Below are positions 1 to 12,551 of a stretch of DNA of 64,000 bases, in pieces (position 1 is the first letter of the stretch; every line of letters begins with the position of its first letter). The DNA is from Octopus bimaculoides (lineage: Eukaryota), in the NCBI RefSeq assembly GCF_001194135.2, contig NC_068986.1:88937913-89001912 (forward strand), given 5' to 3'. The notes below the pieces were generated by a model that searched no databases, was not told the origin of the DNA, and was given only the letters and a program-made list of their open reading frames with translations. Position numbers and translations under genes: made by a program.

Positions 1-728
1 ATGAAGTTCACTGCTCAAGGGTGCAATGGCTCCATCAGAAATTGAACACACGGCATTATAATTGTGAGCGCAACACTTCCTGTTCCTTGTACAAGTGTTC
101 AAAAGTAACATTGACTTGTAAAAATATTTGCAGCTCAAATGCACTGAATAAATTACTTATATTTCCAGGACAACTAGTATTATTTAATATTCATATATTC
201 ACTACAAATTCCACAAGACTTCACACAATTCATTAAACTATTTCATGATTTTAATCTTCGTCTATTTGGCGGCATTGTTTTTTATAAATAATGTATATAA
301 TAACTTTGTTGAATTCATTTGTTATTCCAAGGCATTTCTTAATTACTACTATTTAGATAAAATGATATTACTATCATAAGTAACTTGTAGAGTATAAGCA
401 ATTGTGAATATGATTGCAAATTTTCATCTGAAAGCTATCACGCGAGATATATTCAGAATAGATCATCATATCAAAGTTTTTAAGTCATTCCGATATTAAA
501 ACTTGCATCGAAACCAGGGGTTCAGAGCTCCTCCCAGAACACATAAGATTTATTTGGTATGTTCTTGTCCGTTTGTCCTGATGTATCGACTCAAGTTCTT
601 ACTTCAAATATGATGCCGACCAGAACAAACATTTGCATCAATTTCCAAAGAATTATCGCCGAAGTGCCGTACTATCGACCATTGACTAAGTGCTATATAT
701 ATATATGTACGAACGAGTATATGTGTGA

Positions 729-732
<4 letters not shown>

Positions 733-779
<47 letters not shown>

Positions 780-794
780 CGTGTGTGTGTGTGT
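733..794. repeat. (GT)n microsatellite
   Basis: Near-perfect GT run. Confidence 0.97.
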
Positions 795-2089
795 CTAATT
801 ATATACACATATAATCCTGGATGTTAGCTCTAATCTCTTGGCAGTTTTAACACTAGTACCTTCTAGTATAGATGTTTTTAGGTGTGTACACACCGTTGAA
901 AGCATTCAAGCCAGGTCCCCACTTTCAGGTTTCCTCCGTCCCTGCCACTCAGTAGTCTTAGACTTATTTGTAAAGGTTCATTGTTACTACCTTCCTCCTG
1001 AATGAAAGATTATAGAAATAAAGAAAGAAACATGGGTAATTAACAAGATACGACCCAACTTGATAGAGTATAACAGAATTAAAAGTCGAAGCTGAACATT
1101 TGTTTCGCACAAGGCAGATAACAGTCCCCTGACAACACGAGGTTTTACAACAATTTGAACTTTGGATTTGAAATTTTGGAATACGAATACGCACAGGATT
1201 CGTAATGGAATTTTATTGTTATTTATTACAATGTTCTTAAAAATGTTGGTTGGCGGTTATCATATATAACACGATTTCATCCTTTCTAGATATCTTGCTG
1301 CATGACACAGCGGGGAACTTATTATTTAGATATATTTCGAATTGAGACATAACATTAAAAACAGAGATGAAATTATTTGCATTTCAACCTAAAAAGAGAA
1401 CAAAAATAATCAACGTATCAAGTATAATATTGTGATGTTGTTTATAAATTTAGATATGTTTAGGCGATGTTGTTTATAAATTTAAACGTATCACCTATGC
1501 CCATGTACAGTAACTGAATGAGGTTTATTCGGCGCAAATATTTCTCACTTGACATCCTTGAGTTTCATGAATCTCCGTAGTTTAGACACTCTTTATCTCC
1601 CCTTTTCAGCGTAAAAGATTCAACACACTCTTTATCTCCCCTTTGCTGTGTAAAAGATTTCAATCACTAACTGAGCTTTTTTCAAAGTCCATGCACACGC
1701 GATAAACACTCGTCAAGTAAACGAATGTCTCTGCCTTTGATATTGTTGTTTGTTTGTTTTATTAGTTTTTGTTGTCTTTGTCGTACTGTTATTGCTGTTA
1801 CTGTAGTTGGTTTTGTTGTTGCAGTATTGGTGATGGTGATGCCTTTGTGGTTGCAGTTATTGTTGCAGTGGTTACTTATTTTGTTGCTGTTTTCTAAGTT
1901 GCTGCTGTGGTCGTTGTTGTGACGCGCCATCTTTTCAGCCTACGCTGTGTCCTCCAGTTGACTTCAAAACTAGACACCTGCTGGATGTTACTGCAACCGT
2001 CTCCACATTCTATTTTACTTGGGAGTATGCTTCGTATACGGCGGCGAATGTTACGATAGCGTTAATGGGATTATAAGATTGATGGTGTT

Positions 2090-2270
2090 TGCGTAGGCGG
2101 AGGCGGCGACGGTGGCGGCGGCGGCGACGACGGTGACGGTATCGACGGCAGCAGCGGTGGTGAGGGTGGTGAGGGTGGTGAGGGTGATGAGGGTGGTAGC
2201 TGCGGTGGTGGTGGTGGTGGTGGTGGCTGCGGTGATGGTGGCAGCAGCAGCAGCAGCAGCAGCAGAAGCG

Positions 2271-2318
<48 letters not shown>

Positions 2319-2319
2319 C
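2090..2319. repeat. Compound trinucleotide repeat (GGC/GGT/GCA/GTA)
   Basis: Successive triplet blocks; explains the poly-P/H/V/Y ORFs here. Confidence 0.95.
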
Positions 2320-3793
2320 NNNNNNNNNNAGTGTGAAACTTGTTGTATCATGCTGTTGGTGTGATGCTAACAGATAGTGGTGACGCGGTTTTTGCAGACG
2401 GTGGTGAGGGTAGTGGGTTGTATTTGCGGAAAACATTGCCATTCTTTGGAAATATTCTTGCTTTTTGTTCCACTTTGCTATTTGTTTTTGTTTTTTTTTT
2501 TGGGTAAATTTGCTATGTCAATAGAAAAAAAACATGTAAAATGAACGAAATGAAATATATAAGGAACAGCACAGGTGGGATGTGAAGAGAAAGTAAAGAG
2601 GTCGATTTTAATGAGGGATGTAAGTATTAAAAGAATGGGAAAGAGAAGGCACGAGAAGTTAAATGTTGGGTGAATGCGGTAGTGGTGTGTTATGGGAAAA
2701 TAAAATCAAAGTGAAAACAACGCAGGGTAGAGGTGAGAGGAAGTATCTGAATGTAAGTAGGAGAGGGAATTAAAAGGAGAAATTAAGAGCAATTGTGGTG
2801 GAAGATGAGGCGTATATGTATACATACATACATTTATATATATATATATATATAAAAACAAACAGTAAATGAGTATATGCATATATACGTACAGGTATGT
2901 GCATACCGACATCCACCTGTATGTATAGGTGCATATCTGGGTACAGGACATTGCAAACAAAACGTAGACAAGAAAACACACAAGCCACATAGAGAACATT
3001 CTTCTTCCTATATATATATATATATATATACACAATGTGAAGAGAGAGAAAAAGAGAGAGATCGTGCATTGTGTGGGCGCACGCGCGTGTGTTTGTCTCT
3101 GTGTATGCATATATCCACGTGTGTGTATATATNNNNNNNNNNNNNNNNNNNNNNNNNNNNNNNNNNNNNNNNNNNNNNNNNNNNNNNNNNNNNNNNNNNN
3201 NNNNNNNNNNNNNNNNNNNNNNNNNNNNNNNNNNNNNNNNNNNNNNNNNNNNNNNNNNNNNNNNNNNNNNNNNNNNNNNNNNNNNNNNNNNNNNNNNNNN
3301 NNNNNNNNNNNNNNNNNNNNNNNNNNNNNNNNNNNNNNNNNNNNNNNNNNNNNNNNNNNNNNNNNNNNNNNNNNNNNNNNNNNNNNNNNNNNNNNNNNNN
3401 NNNNNNNNNNNNNNNNNNNNNNNNNNNNNNNNNNNNNNNNNNNNNNNNNNNNNNNNNNNNNNNNNNNNNNNNNNNNNNNNNNNNNNNNNNNNNNNNNNNN
3501 NNNNNNNNNNNNNNNNNNNNNNNNNNNNNNNNNNNNNNNNNNNNNNNNNNNNNNNNNNNNNNNNNNNNNNNNNNNNNNNNNNNNNNNNNNNNNNNNNNNN
3601 NNNNNNNNNNNNNNNNNNNNNNNNNNNNNNNNNNNNNNNNNNNNNNNNNNNNNNNNNNNNNNNNNNNNNNNNNNNNNNNNNNNNNNNNNNNNNNNNNNNN
3701 NNNNNNNNNNNTTGTGTGTATGTGTGTTGTGTATTGTTCATATGTTATGTGTGATATAATAGTGTAAACTTATCCTTAAACACCCCTCAAAAT

Positions 3794-3879
<86 letters not shown>

Positions 3880-4022
3880 ATATGTATATATTTATATATA
3901 TATACGTATTCAGTTGAAATACGCATATGTATGTAAGTTTATGTATCTATATATATATATGTGTGTGAGCGTGTGTGTGAATGTATTATGCATGTGTGCA
4001 TATATTTGTGCGTGTATGTGTG

Positions 4023-4055
<33 letters not shown>

Positions 4056-4671
4056 ATGTCTATTATGTATATGTACTTTACATTGTCATTTTTAATAGGG
4101 TTATAAACAATGAGATTACTTCATTAGCGCAGCTGAAGTTTAATGAGTTCTTTTGTTTTCTTTCGTTTATTTTTTTATACGTAAATAGGTTCATATAAAT
4201 TGCATATACACGCATACATATAAACTCTAATATAACTGCTTACGCTTAGTCTTATATTGTTAAGCAAATATATACACATATAGAAAGCGACTCACTGGCG
4301 CATGCATACACACAGACACACTAGTAAGTGTCAGATGATGGGTGGTGTACAGAGTGGCGTACACATTACATTTTTTAATTTCTAGAATTTTCTCTCCGTG
4401 TGAGTGTCAGAAAAAAACATTACGGAGAGTAATACAAGCAATTCTCAATATGAAGGCGAAATGCCTTTAAGTGATAACAAAGATGAGTTATAAAGTATTA
4501 TAAAGAACCGTGACCCTTTACTATATGCCATTACACTTGGTTATGTATATAAAGATATACAAGTTTCATAGCAAGGCCGAAATACATACAACAGATTGAT
4601 ACATTGTAAGGACATGGAAACAAGCTTTTACAATTCAAGACGGGAGCTGGAAGGCAATTTTACCCCTAGAG

Positions 4672-5052
4672 TTGTTGGCGCTCCGTCGCTTACGACGACG
4701 AGGGTTCCAGTTGATCCGATCAACGGAACAGCCTGCTCGTGAAATCAACGTGCAAGTGGCTGAGCACTCCACAGACACGTGTACTCTTAACGTAGTTCTC
4801 GGGGATATTCAGCGTGACACAGTTTGACAAGGCTGACCCTTTGAATTACAGGCACAACAGAAACAGGAAGTAAGAGTGAGAGAAAGTTGTGGTGAAAGTG
4901 TACAGCAGGGTTCGCCACCATCCCTTCCGGAGCCTCGTGGAGTTTTTAGGTGTTTTGGCTCAATAAACACTGACAACGCCCAGTCTGGGAATCGAAACCG
5001 CGATCCTATGACCGCGAGTCCGCTACCCTAACCACTGGGTCATTGCGCCTCC
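4672..5052 (-). mobile_element. tRNA-headed SINE, family B, full length with TSD
   Basis: Reverse complement starts ggaggcgcaatgacccagtggttagggtagcggactcgcgg (A box) then gtttcgattccc (B box). Homologous to 5582 and 24314 copies. 10-bp flanking repeat acccctagag (4662-4671) / acctctagag (5055-5064). Confidence 0.9.
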
Positions 5053-5581
5053 ACACCTCTAGAGTATTTGAATAAAAAATAGAAAAGAAATTACTAAACA
5101 GCGCATCGCGTTTACTCCGCCAATCCAAGATTCTCCAGCTTGTCAATCTACAGTATTAGCCATAGATATATTTCACATCTGCAATGTATATTACGGGTAC
5201 ATTGATATGCTATGCGTGTATCTTTCATCTTTTATTTTTTACGGGCTCCACTCATTGGAATAGGACCTTGTTGAGACACAACCTTGAATTGCTTTAGTCA
5301 AACAAATCGGCACAAGTACTTATTTTAAATGAGGCACTTATTCAATCGTTTATTTATTTATTTATTTATTTATTGTCGAAGCGTTCGGTTGTGGGAAAGT
5401 ATGCAAACTAATACAGGATGTTAACGGGTAGTAGGGGACAAACACAAACACATAAACATATACATACACACTCATGTCTAGACATAATGTACAGACATGC
5501 ATACGACGGGTTTCACACAGTTTTCGTGTACCAAATTCACGCACAAGGCATCGGTTTAGGCCGGGGTCTATAATGAAAGAC

Positions 5582-5962
5582 GGAGGCACACTAGCCCAGT
5601 GGTTAGGGCAGCGGACTCGTGGTCATAGGATCGCGGTTTCGATTCCCAGACCGGACGTTGTGAGTGTTTATTGAGCGAAAACACATAAAGCTCCACTAGG
5701 CTCCGGCAGGGGATGGTGGCGAACCTTGCTGTACTCTTTCACTACGACTTTCTCCCACTCTTTCTTCCTGTTTCTGTTGTACCTGAATTTCAAATGGCCA
5801 GCCTTGCCACACTGTGTCACGCTGAATCTCCCCGAGAACTACGTGATGGGTACACGTGTCTGTGGAGTGCTCAGCCACTTGCATATTAATTTCTGTTGAT
5901 CGGATCAACTGAAATCCTCGACGTCGTAAGCGATGGAGTGCCAACACACACACACACACAAC
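5582..5962 (+). mobile_element. tRNA-headed SINE, family B, full length with perfect 12-bp TSD
   Basis: A/B boxes at the 5' end, (CA)n tail, ataatgaaagac at 5570-5581 and 5963-5974. Confidence 0.92.
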
Positions 5963-6357
5963 ATAATGAAAGACACTTGTCTTATGTGCTACGCAGTGGG
6001 TCTGAGCCTCAATCCACTTGGTTGCAAGCGAATTTCATAAGTATACAACATCGGCTGTATAACAGTTTACAGACCGTCTCTGTAATGCGATCGTATATGC
6101 CCCAAGAATTGAGCAATCTACTGAATGATTAATTAAGTCTCACAATCACACACATTTACAGATAATATATATAGAAGTTATATAAGTTAGGAAAGGAATA
6201 GTGGAAAAGTTAGAGGGAAGGAGTAGAATAAAGTATGATGGCACTATAGATTAATAAGAGAAAGAAGAAAATTTTGGAAACAAAAATGTTGGAATATGCA
6301 TAATAAATAGTACAAATTAGGTGCATAAATTATTCTTGTATTATTTACATACACAAA

Positions 6358-6795
6358 GGCGGTGAGCTGGCAGAAACATTAGCAAGCCGGGCGAAATGCT
6401 TAGCGGTATTTCGTCTGCCGTTACGCTCTGAGTTCAAATTCCGCCGAGGTTGACTTCGCCTGTCATCCTTTTGCGGGTCGCTAAATTAAGTACCAGTTAC
6501 GCACTGGGGTCGATGTAATCAACTTAATTCCTTTGTCTGTCCTTGTTTGTCCCCTCTATGTTGAGCCCCTTGTGGGTAATAAAGATATAGGAAACGTTAG
6601 CACGCCTGGCGAAATGCTTAGCGGTATTTCGTCTGTCTTCATCATGTTCTGAGATCAAATTCCGCCGAGATCCACTACGCCTTTCATCCATTCGGGGTCG
6701 ATAAATTAAGTACCAGTTGCGTCCTGGGGTTGATCTAATCGACTGACCCCCTCACCTAAAATTTCGGGCCTTGCTCCTTGAGTAGAAAAGATTAT
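6358..6795 (+). mobile_element. tRNA-headed SINE, family A, dimeric arrangement
   Basis: Two successive units, each with gttagca..gcgaaatgcttagcggtatttcgtc..ga(g)ttcaaattccgccgag and the core tttcatcc..cggggtcgataaattaagtaccagtt. Confidence 0.88.
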
Positions 6796-7579
6796 ATACA
6801 TACACAAAAGAGATACTCACACGCACACATGCACGCACATACAAGCACATCGTATATACACATATATATAAATATACATATTAGTACATACGCACACACA
6901 CATATGTGTATTTATATGCTACTCTTTCTCTTCTTAATTTAGTGTAAATTTGACCGGCCACCTAGATTTTGAAGGAAAGCATCTTGAGTCATCCGTTAAA
7001 CCTTAAGAGAGCCTTGCAGATTTTTATCGTCCCTCATATCGTGATCATTTGTAGAGTATGAATTAAGGATTTGTATTCTCTCTACAATATTCCAAGTTCA
7101 CTCAAACTTTGCTCCAGACGGGTTGGCTTACATGTATCTACGTATGAATGTTTGCATGTATGTATGTGAAGGCGTTTGTGTGTGTGTCAGTCTGTGTAGT
7201 GGGTATTTAAAGATAAATATGCGCATATTTTCAAAGAAACATAAATGTCTATTTAAGAACAGTCATATATAACTATCCCTCCCCTTTCTCCCCATCTCTC
7301 TATTCCACTTCCTATCTCTGTCTCTTCCGAAGTGTGTGTGTGTCTACACACATGCGTATGATACATAATGTGTGTGTACACACATTCGCATAAGCAGACA
7401 TGCATACACACATACCGAAATATACACAAAGCCTCTTGCTTCTACCATAAAATCCGCACTTCTTTTTTTCTGTACCACTAAACTGTTATCATTTTTGTAT
7501 ATTTCGTTCTTTATATATTTCACCCACACACAATCTATTATTTATCTATTTATAAATTTTAGCATATATTCGTGTATTT

Positions 7580-7612
7580 AATTATTATTATTATCATTAT
7601 TATTATCATTAC

Positions 7613-7693
<81 letters not shown>

Positions 7694-7735
7694 TATTATC
7701 ATTACTATTATCATTACTATTATCATTATTATTAC

Positions 7736-7786
<51 letters not shown>

Positions 7787-7792
7787 CATTAC

Positions 7793-7825
<33 letters not shown>

Positions 7826-7875
7826 CATTGTTGTTGCTGTTGTTGTTTTTTGTTGTTGTTGTTGCTGTTGCTGTT
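7580..7875. repeat. (ATT)n/(ATC)n then (GTT)n microsatellite
   Basis: Direct read; source of the poly-I/Y ORFs. Confidence 0.97.
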
Positions 7876-8060
7876 GCTGTTGTTGTTGCCGTTAATTATT
7901 TGTTTACTTTTATTATTGACATACATTTATTTTTATAATTTACATACATATATATATATATATACACACAGATAAATTTCTATAGGTACAAATATATACA
8001 AATATATGTATATATATCTATATATGTATGTATGTATGTATGTATGCATGTATGTATGCA

Positions 8061-8118
<58 letters not shown>

Positions 8119-8529
8119 AGTGTGTGTGTGTGTATGTATGTATGCATGTATATGTGTGTATGTATGTATGTATGTAGGTATGTATGTATGTATGCATGTA
8201 TATGTGTGTATGGTGCGTATATGAGAGTTTATTTATTGATTTACTTATTCATTTCCACCTGTAAATACATGTTGTACTTAGCGGAAGTGAGAAGAATGTC
8301 ACAAAGAAAGGAAGGAGGAATGGAAGAAGAGAAGAAAGAAAGAAAGAAAGACAGAAAGAAAGAAAGAAAGAAAGACAGAAAGACATAAAGGAAGAAAGAA
8401 AGTAAGAGAAAACACAGATTGGAAGGAATCTTATCTTTCTAGCTATGAATAAAACAGTTTATAATGATACGCGTTGTGTGTACTTGTTAGCATATATACG
8501 CATGTGTATTACATCTGCATATTTATTAA

Positions 8530-8624
<95 letters not shown>

Positions 8625-8853
8625 NNNNNNNNNNNNNNNNNNNNNNNNNNNNNNNNNNNNNNNNNNNNNNNNNNNNNNNNNNNNNNNNNNNNNNNNNNNN
8701 NNNNNNNNNNNNNNNNNNNNNNNNNNNNNNNNNNNNNNNNNNNNNNNNNNNNNNNNNNNNNNNNNNNNNNNNNNNNNNNNNNNNNNNNNNNNNNNNNNNN
8801 NNNNNNNNNNNNNNNNNNNNNNNNNNNNNNNNNNNNNNNNNNNNNNNNNNNNN

Positions 8854-8909
<56 letters not shown>

Positions 8910-9309
8910 CTATGCTTTTTTTTTTTGCCTGTGTGCGTGTGTGTAATTGTCAGAAGAGACACGCAGTTAACGTCAGTTAAACGAAACAATGTTCCTGATA
9001 AAATCCAAAGCGCATACAAAAAGTATATTGTATGTGAAAGACAATTGCTTCATTCAAATGTTTTGATAATCATTAAATGTCAGAGTTATATTGTTGTGAG
9101 ATAGCGGTGTCTGTATAGAAAACTCACTGGGAAATCAACTCACGCACATTCAGTTACATACATACATATCTACACACGCATCACGCATGCCCAGATTCAC
9201 ACATGCATGCACCAAATGCACACACGGAGGAGCACACAGACATGCATAATGCAATCACTGACGCGCACCCATATAATAGCAGACGTATAAATGTGTATGC
9301 ATGAGTATA

Positions 9310-9348
<39 letters not shown>

Positions 9349-9948
9349 TTACACACACACACGAACATGTAATAAAGACGTTCGTTTATGTGTGTTTGTG
9401 TGTGTGTATGTGTGTGTGTATACATCAGTATGAACATAATAGTCAGGAGATATGAGTGGCGAATATATATTTATTTAACAACATGATATTCTTAGGGGTT
9501 CGGCCGTTTCACAACCTTTTTCATGTAGTATTGATTTCAGTGTGGACGAAATTATGCTTTCATGTTTGCATTGACATGTATGCTCACCATTATACAATAC
9601 AACTCTATATTCACAAATCATTGCTAACGTAGAAAGCTAGCTCATCAGATCACCATAACATCATGCTTACAGGAACACTACACATGTCTGTATGTATACT
9701 TTTATATACATACACACACACATATATATATATATATATGTATGTATGTATATATATACATATACAGCCAGGCGCAATGCGATACCGTAAAGGAAAACAT
9801 TCAGTCGTCACCAATTGTGACTAAGGATGCTGAAGCACATACAATCCTAGAAATAAGTGTTAACATATTCTTAATGATGTAGGACGAGTGTAAGATGCGT
9901 ACAACATGCTGACAGGGGAGGTAACTGCCCCATGACCGGCTCGTGGAT

Positions 9949-9998
9949 GCTCAGACTAGATCTAGTTTCGCCTATGACTGAAGGCATCGTTAGTGAAG
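9949..9998 (-). ncRNA. Type I hammerhead ribozyme fold with a G5-to-A core substitution (probably inactive copy)
   Basis: Minus strand reads cttca-CTAACGA-t-gcct(tcagtcat)aggc-GAAA-ctagatctag-TC-tgagc: stem I ttca/tgag, core CUGANGA with one change, stem II gcct/aggc, GAAA, palindromic stem III actag/ctagt, GUC cleavage triplet. Confidence 0.65.
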
Positions 9999-10176
9999 GT
10001 TGCTGGAACGGCGCTTGTTCGGCTAATACTGGTAGAGATCCCTCTACTAGTATCTATGTATTAACCATATTAATTTATAGATGATTTAGCGAAATACTAA
10101 TGTGGATACTAAAAATACACAGCGTAACTTGTGAACTCGTGTTGTAAAAACATTGTATAAATTGTATAAATGCATA

Positions 10177-10573
10177 TAATTGCCAACCAAGCGTGGCGTC
10201 CCAAACAGGACAGTGCCACTCACTTTTATAGTCCCAGGAATACATCTCCTTCAGCTGGCTAACGACACATATTCTGTGTCCGATTAGTATTTGCGAAGGG
10301 AGGTCATCGCTCCTATCCCTAGCCTTACGTGATACACACGGATTCGAGTTTCTGAGTGATTACTCGTCCTCAGCGTGTGTTAATCACCAGCTAGTGATGA
10401 AAACTCACCCAACTCACAAAATACTATATGCTTTTTCGGAAGCGATGACCTCCCTTCGCAAATACTAATCGGACACAGTATGTGTCGTTAGCCAGCTGGA
10501 GGAGATGTCTTCCTGGGGCTATAAAAGTCAGTAGCACTATCCTGTTTGGGACGCCACACTTGATTGACGATTA
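10177..10573. mobile_element. Foldback/MITE-like element with ~135-bp inverted arms
   Basis: 10177-10311 and the reverse complement of 10441-10573 differ by 10 substitutions (8 transitions) and one 2-nt indel. 129-bp spacer; TA at both outer ends. Confidence 0.85.
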
Positions 10574-11739
10574 AATGTTACTATTCCGTATTGCTAATGT
10601 TTACATCTCGCTCAGAGATTTTATATAGATTGTATAAATGCTTTATTTTAGTAAACTTTGTTTTTTAACTGTAGTGATTATATCCAGTGTTTTATATATT
10701 ATTCAGTTGTAAAATAACATTAGAATATTTGTAGTGTTATAAATGTTATTTTTATTGGTGTTACAAATACTGTCTTTGCTTTTGCTGCTGCTGCTACTGC
10801 TGCTGTTGTTGTTGTTGCTGTTGTTGTTGTTGTTGTTGCTATTATTGTTGTTGATCTTTTTGACATTGTTTGTTCAAGTGTCACATCCTTTGGGGGTAAC
10901 AAAACTGTGGTATGCTATGTGAGATTGACTCTAAAGTAGCAATAATTACAGGTATCCTCCCTCCTGTCCTTTCTCCCTCATCCTTTTCACAACCGCTAGC
11001 CTCAAAATCACCAACAGAAGCAGCAGTAGCAGCTCTACAATGGCCTCTACCACCACCTCTACTATAGCCACCACCGCCGCGACTGCCGCCACTATTCACA
11101 TTTCTCCTCCGCAGAAAATTAGTAAAACGAAAAGCTACCAGCCTCATCTGAACGACAAACTTCAAAACATGAAAGCTTACGGATGAGAAAAAAAAATCAC
11201 TTCCCAACCATTCTTCCCCCTTTATATTTTACCCTCAACTCTCTATATATATCCCCTGTTATTCCACGCGCCTCAATGACCCTACGGGCTGTTCTGTTTA
11301 CGTCTGTCTGCTGCACCCCACCCCTATTTTTTTTCCTGTAGTATGTCATGTGGAAAGAAGAGTCTGTAAGCCCCCTAAGGCCTATTCCAGACCTTATCTA
11401 AGACTCAATATTTGATTTTCTCCTTTCACTGCTTGACCTGACCTCAATAATAAAGGTTAAACGTTTCCTGTTCATGCTTTTGTTCCGGTTCACTTTGCTG
11501 CTGGTGAGCATTTAATTACTGGATCTGAAGCTTCTGCTGCTGCTGATGATACTGCTGCTGATGTAGCTCTTATTATTATTATTGTAACTGCTGTTGTTGT
11601 TGTTGTTGTTGTTGTTGTCGTTAATGCTATTGCCAGTTTTTACTGTACTTTTCTCATAGTTTAACTGCTCCCTTTTGTTTTTATTAGTATTATTATTAGT
11701 AGTAGTATTATTTGTAGTAGTATTTCTCTTCTTTGAATT

Positions 11740-12053
11740 ATTCCTCTTGCTCTTGTTATTGCTATTATGTTCTTGTTGTTGTTGTTGTTATTATTATTAT
11801 CATTATTATTATTGTTGTTGTTGTTGTTGTTTTTATCTTTGTTGTCGTCATCGTCATCATCATCATTCTTCCTCGTCTTCACCTTCCTCTTCATCTTCCT
11901 CTTCTTCTTCCTCTTCATCTTCCTCTTCTACATCTTCCTCTTCTTCTTCCTCTTCGTCTTCTTCTTCTTCTTCTTCTTCTTCTTCTTCTTCTTCCACTTC
12001 TTCCTCTTTTTCTTCTTCTTCTTTTTCTTCTTCTTCTTCTTCTTCTTATTATT

Positions 12054-12087
<34 letters not shown>

Positions 12088-12349
12088 TTGTTGCTGTTGT
12101 TATTAATATTATTTTTTTTTCAATTATTATTATTATTATTATTATTACTATTATTGTTGTTGTTGTTGTTGTTGTTATTATTATTATTTTTATTATTATT
12201 ATTATTATTATTATTAGTAGTAGTAGTAGTAGTAGTAGTATTATCATTATTATTATTATTAATAGTAATAATAATATTATTATTATTATNNNNNNNNNNN
12301 NNNNNNNNNNNNNNNNNNNNNNNNTAATAATAATAATAATAATAATATT

Positions 12350-12420
<71 letters not shown>
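11740..12420. repeat. Compound microsatellite block (GTT, TTC, AAT, ATT, AGT)
   Basis: Direct read. Confidence 0.97.
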
Positions 12421-12421
<1 letters not shown>

Positions 12422-12424
12422 TAA

Positions 12425-12551
12425 GGCGACGAGCTGGCAGAATCGTTAGCGAGCTGGATGAAATGCATAGCGGTATTTCGCCCGTCGCTACATTATCAGT
12501 TCAAATTCTGCCGAGGTAGACTTTGCCTTTCTTCCCCTCGGAGATAATAAA
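12425..12551 (+). mobile_element. Family A SINE head fragment
   Basis: ggcgacgagctggcagaatcgttagc...cagttcaaattctgccgaggtagactttgcc. Confidence 0.8.

Noticed and set aside
604-997. Two-exon minus-strand gene model joining 860-997 to an exon ending near 604
   Set aside because: On careful translation the first segment stops at 878-880, so the phases do not join.
1434-1663. Short tandem duplications (19 bp at 1434/1466; about 39 bp at 1586/1625)
   Set aside because: Ordinary slippage duplications with no further structure.
9621-9655. CTGATGA on the minus strand (possible further hammerhead)
   Set aside because: No GAAA and no credible stems follow.
10881-11207. RGG-box-like 108-aa ORF
   Set aside because: The Gly/Arg/Ala content is explained by degenerate (GGT)/(GCT) triplet repeats; no convincing splice donor.
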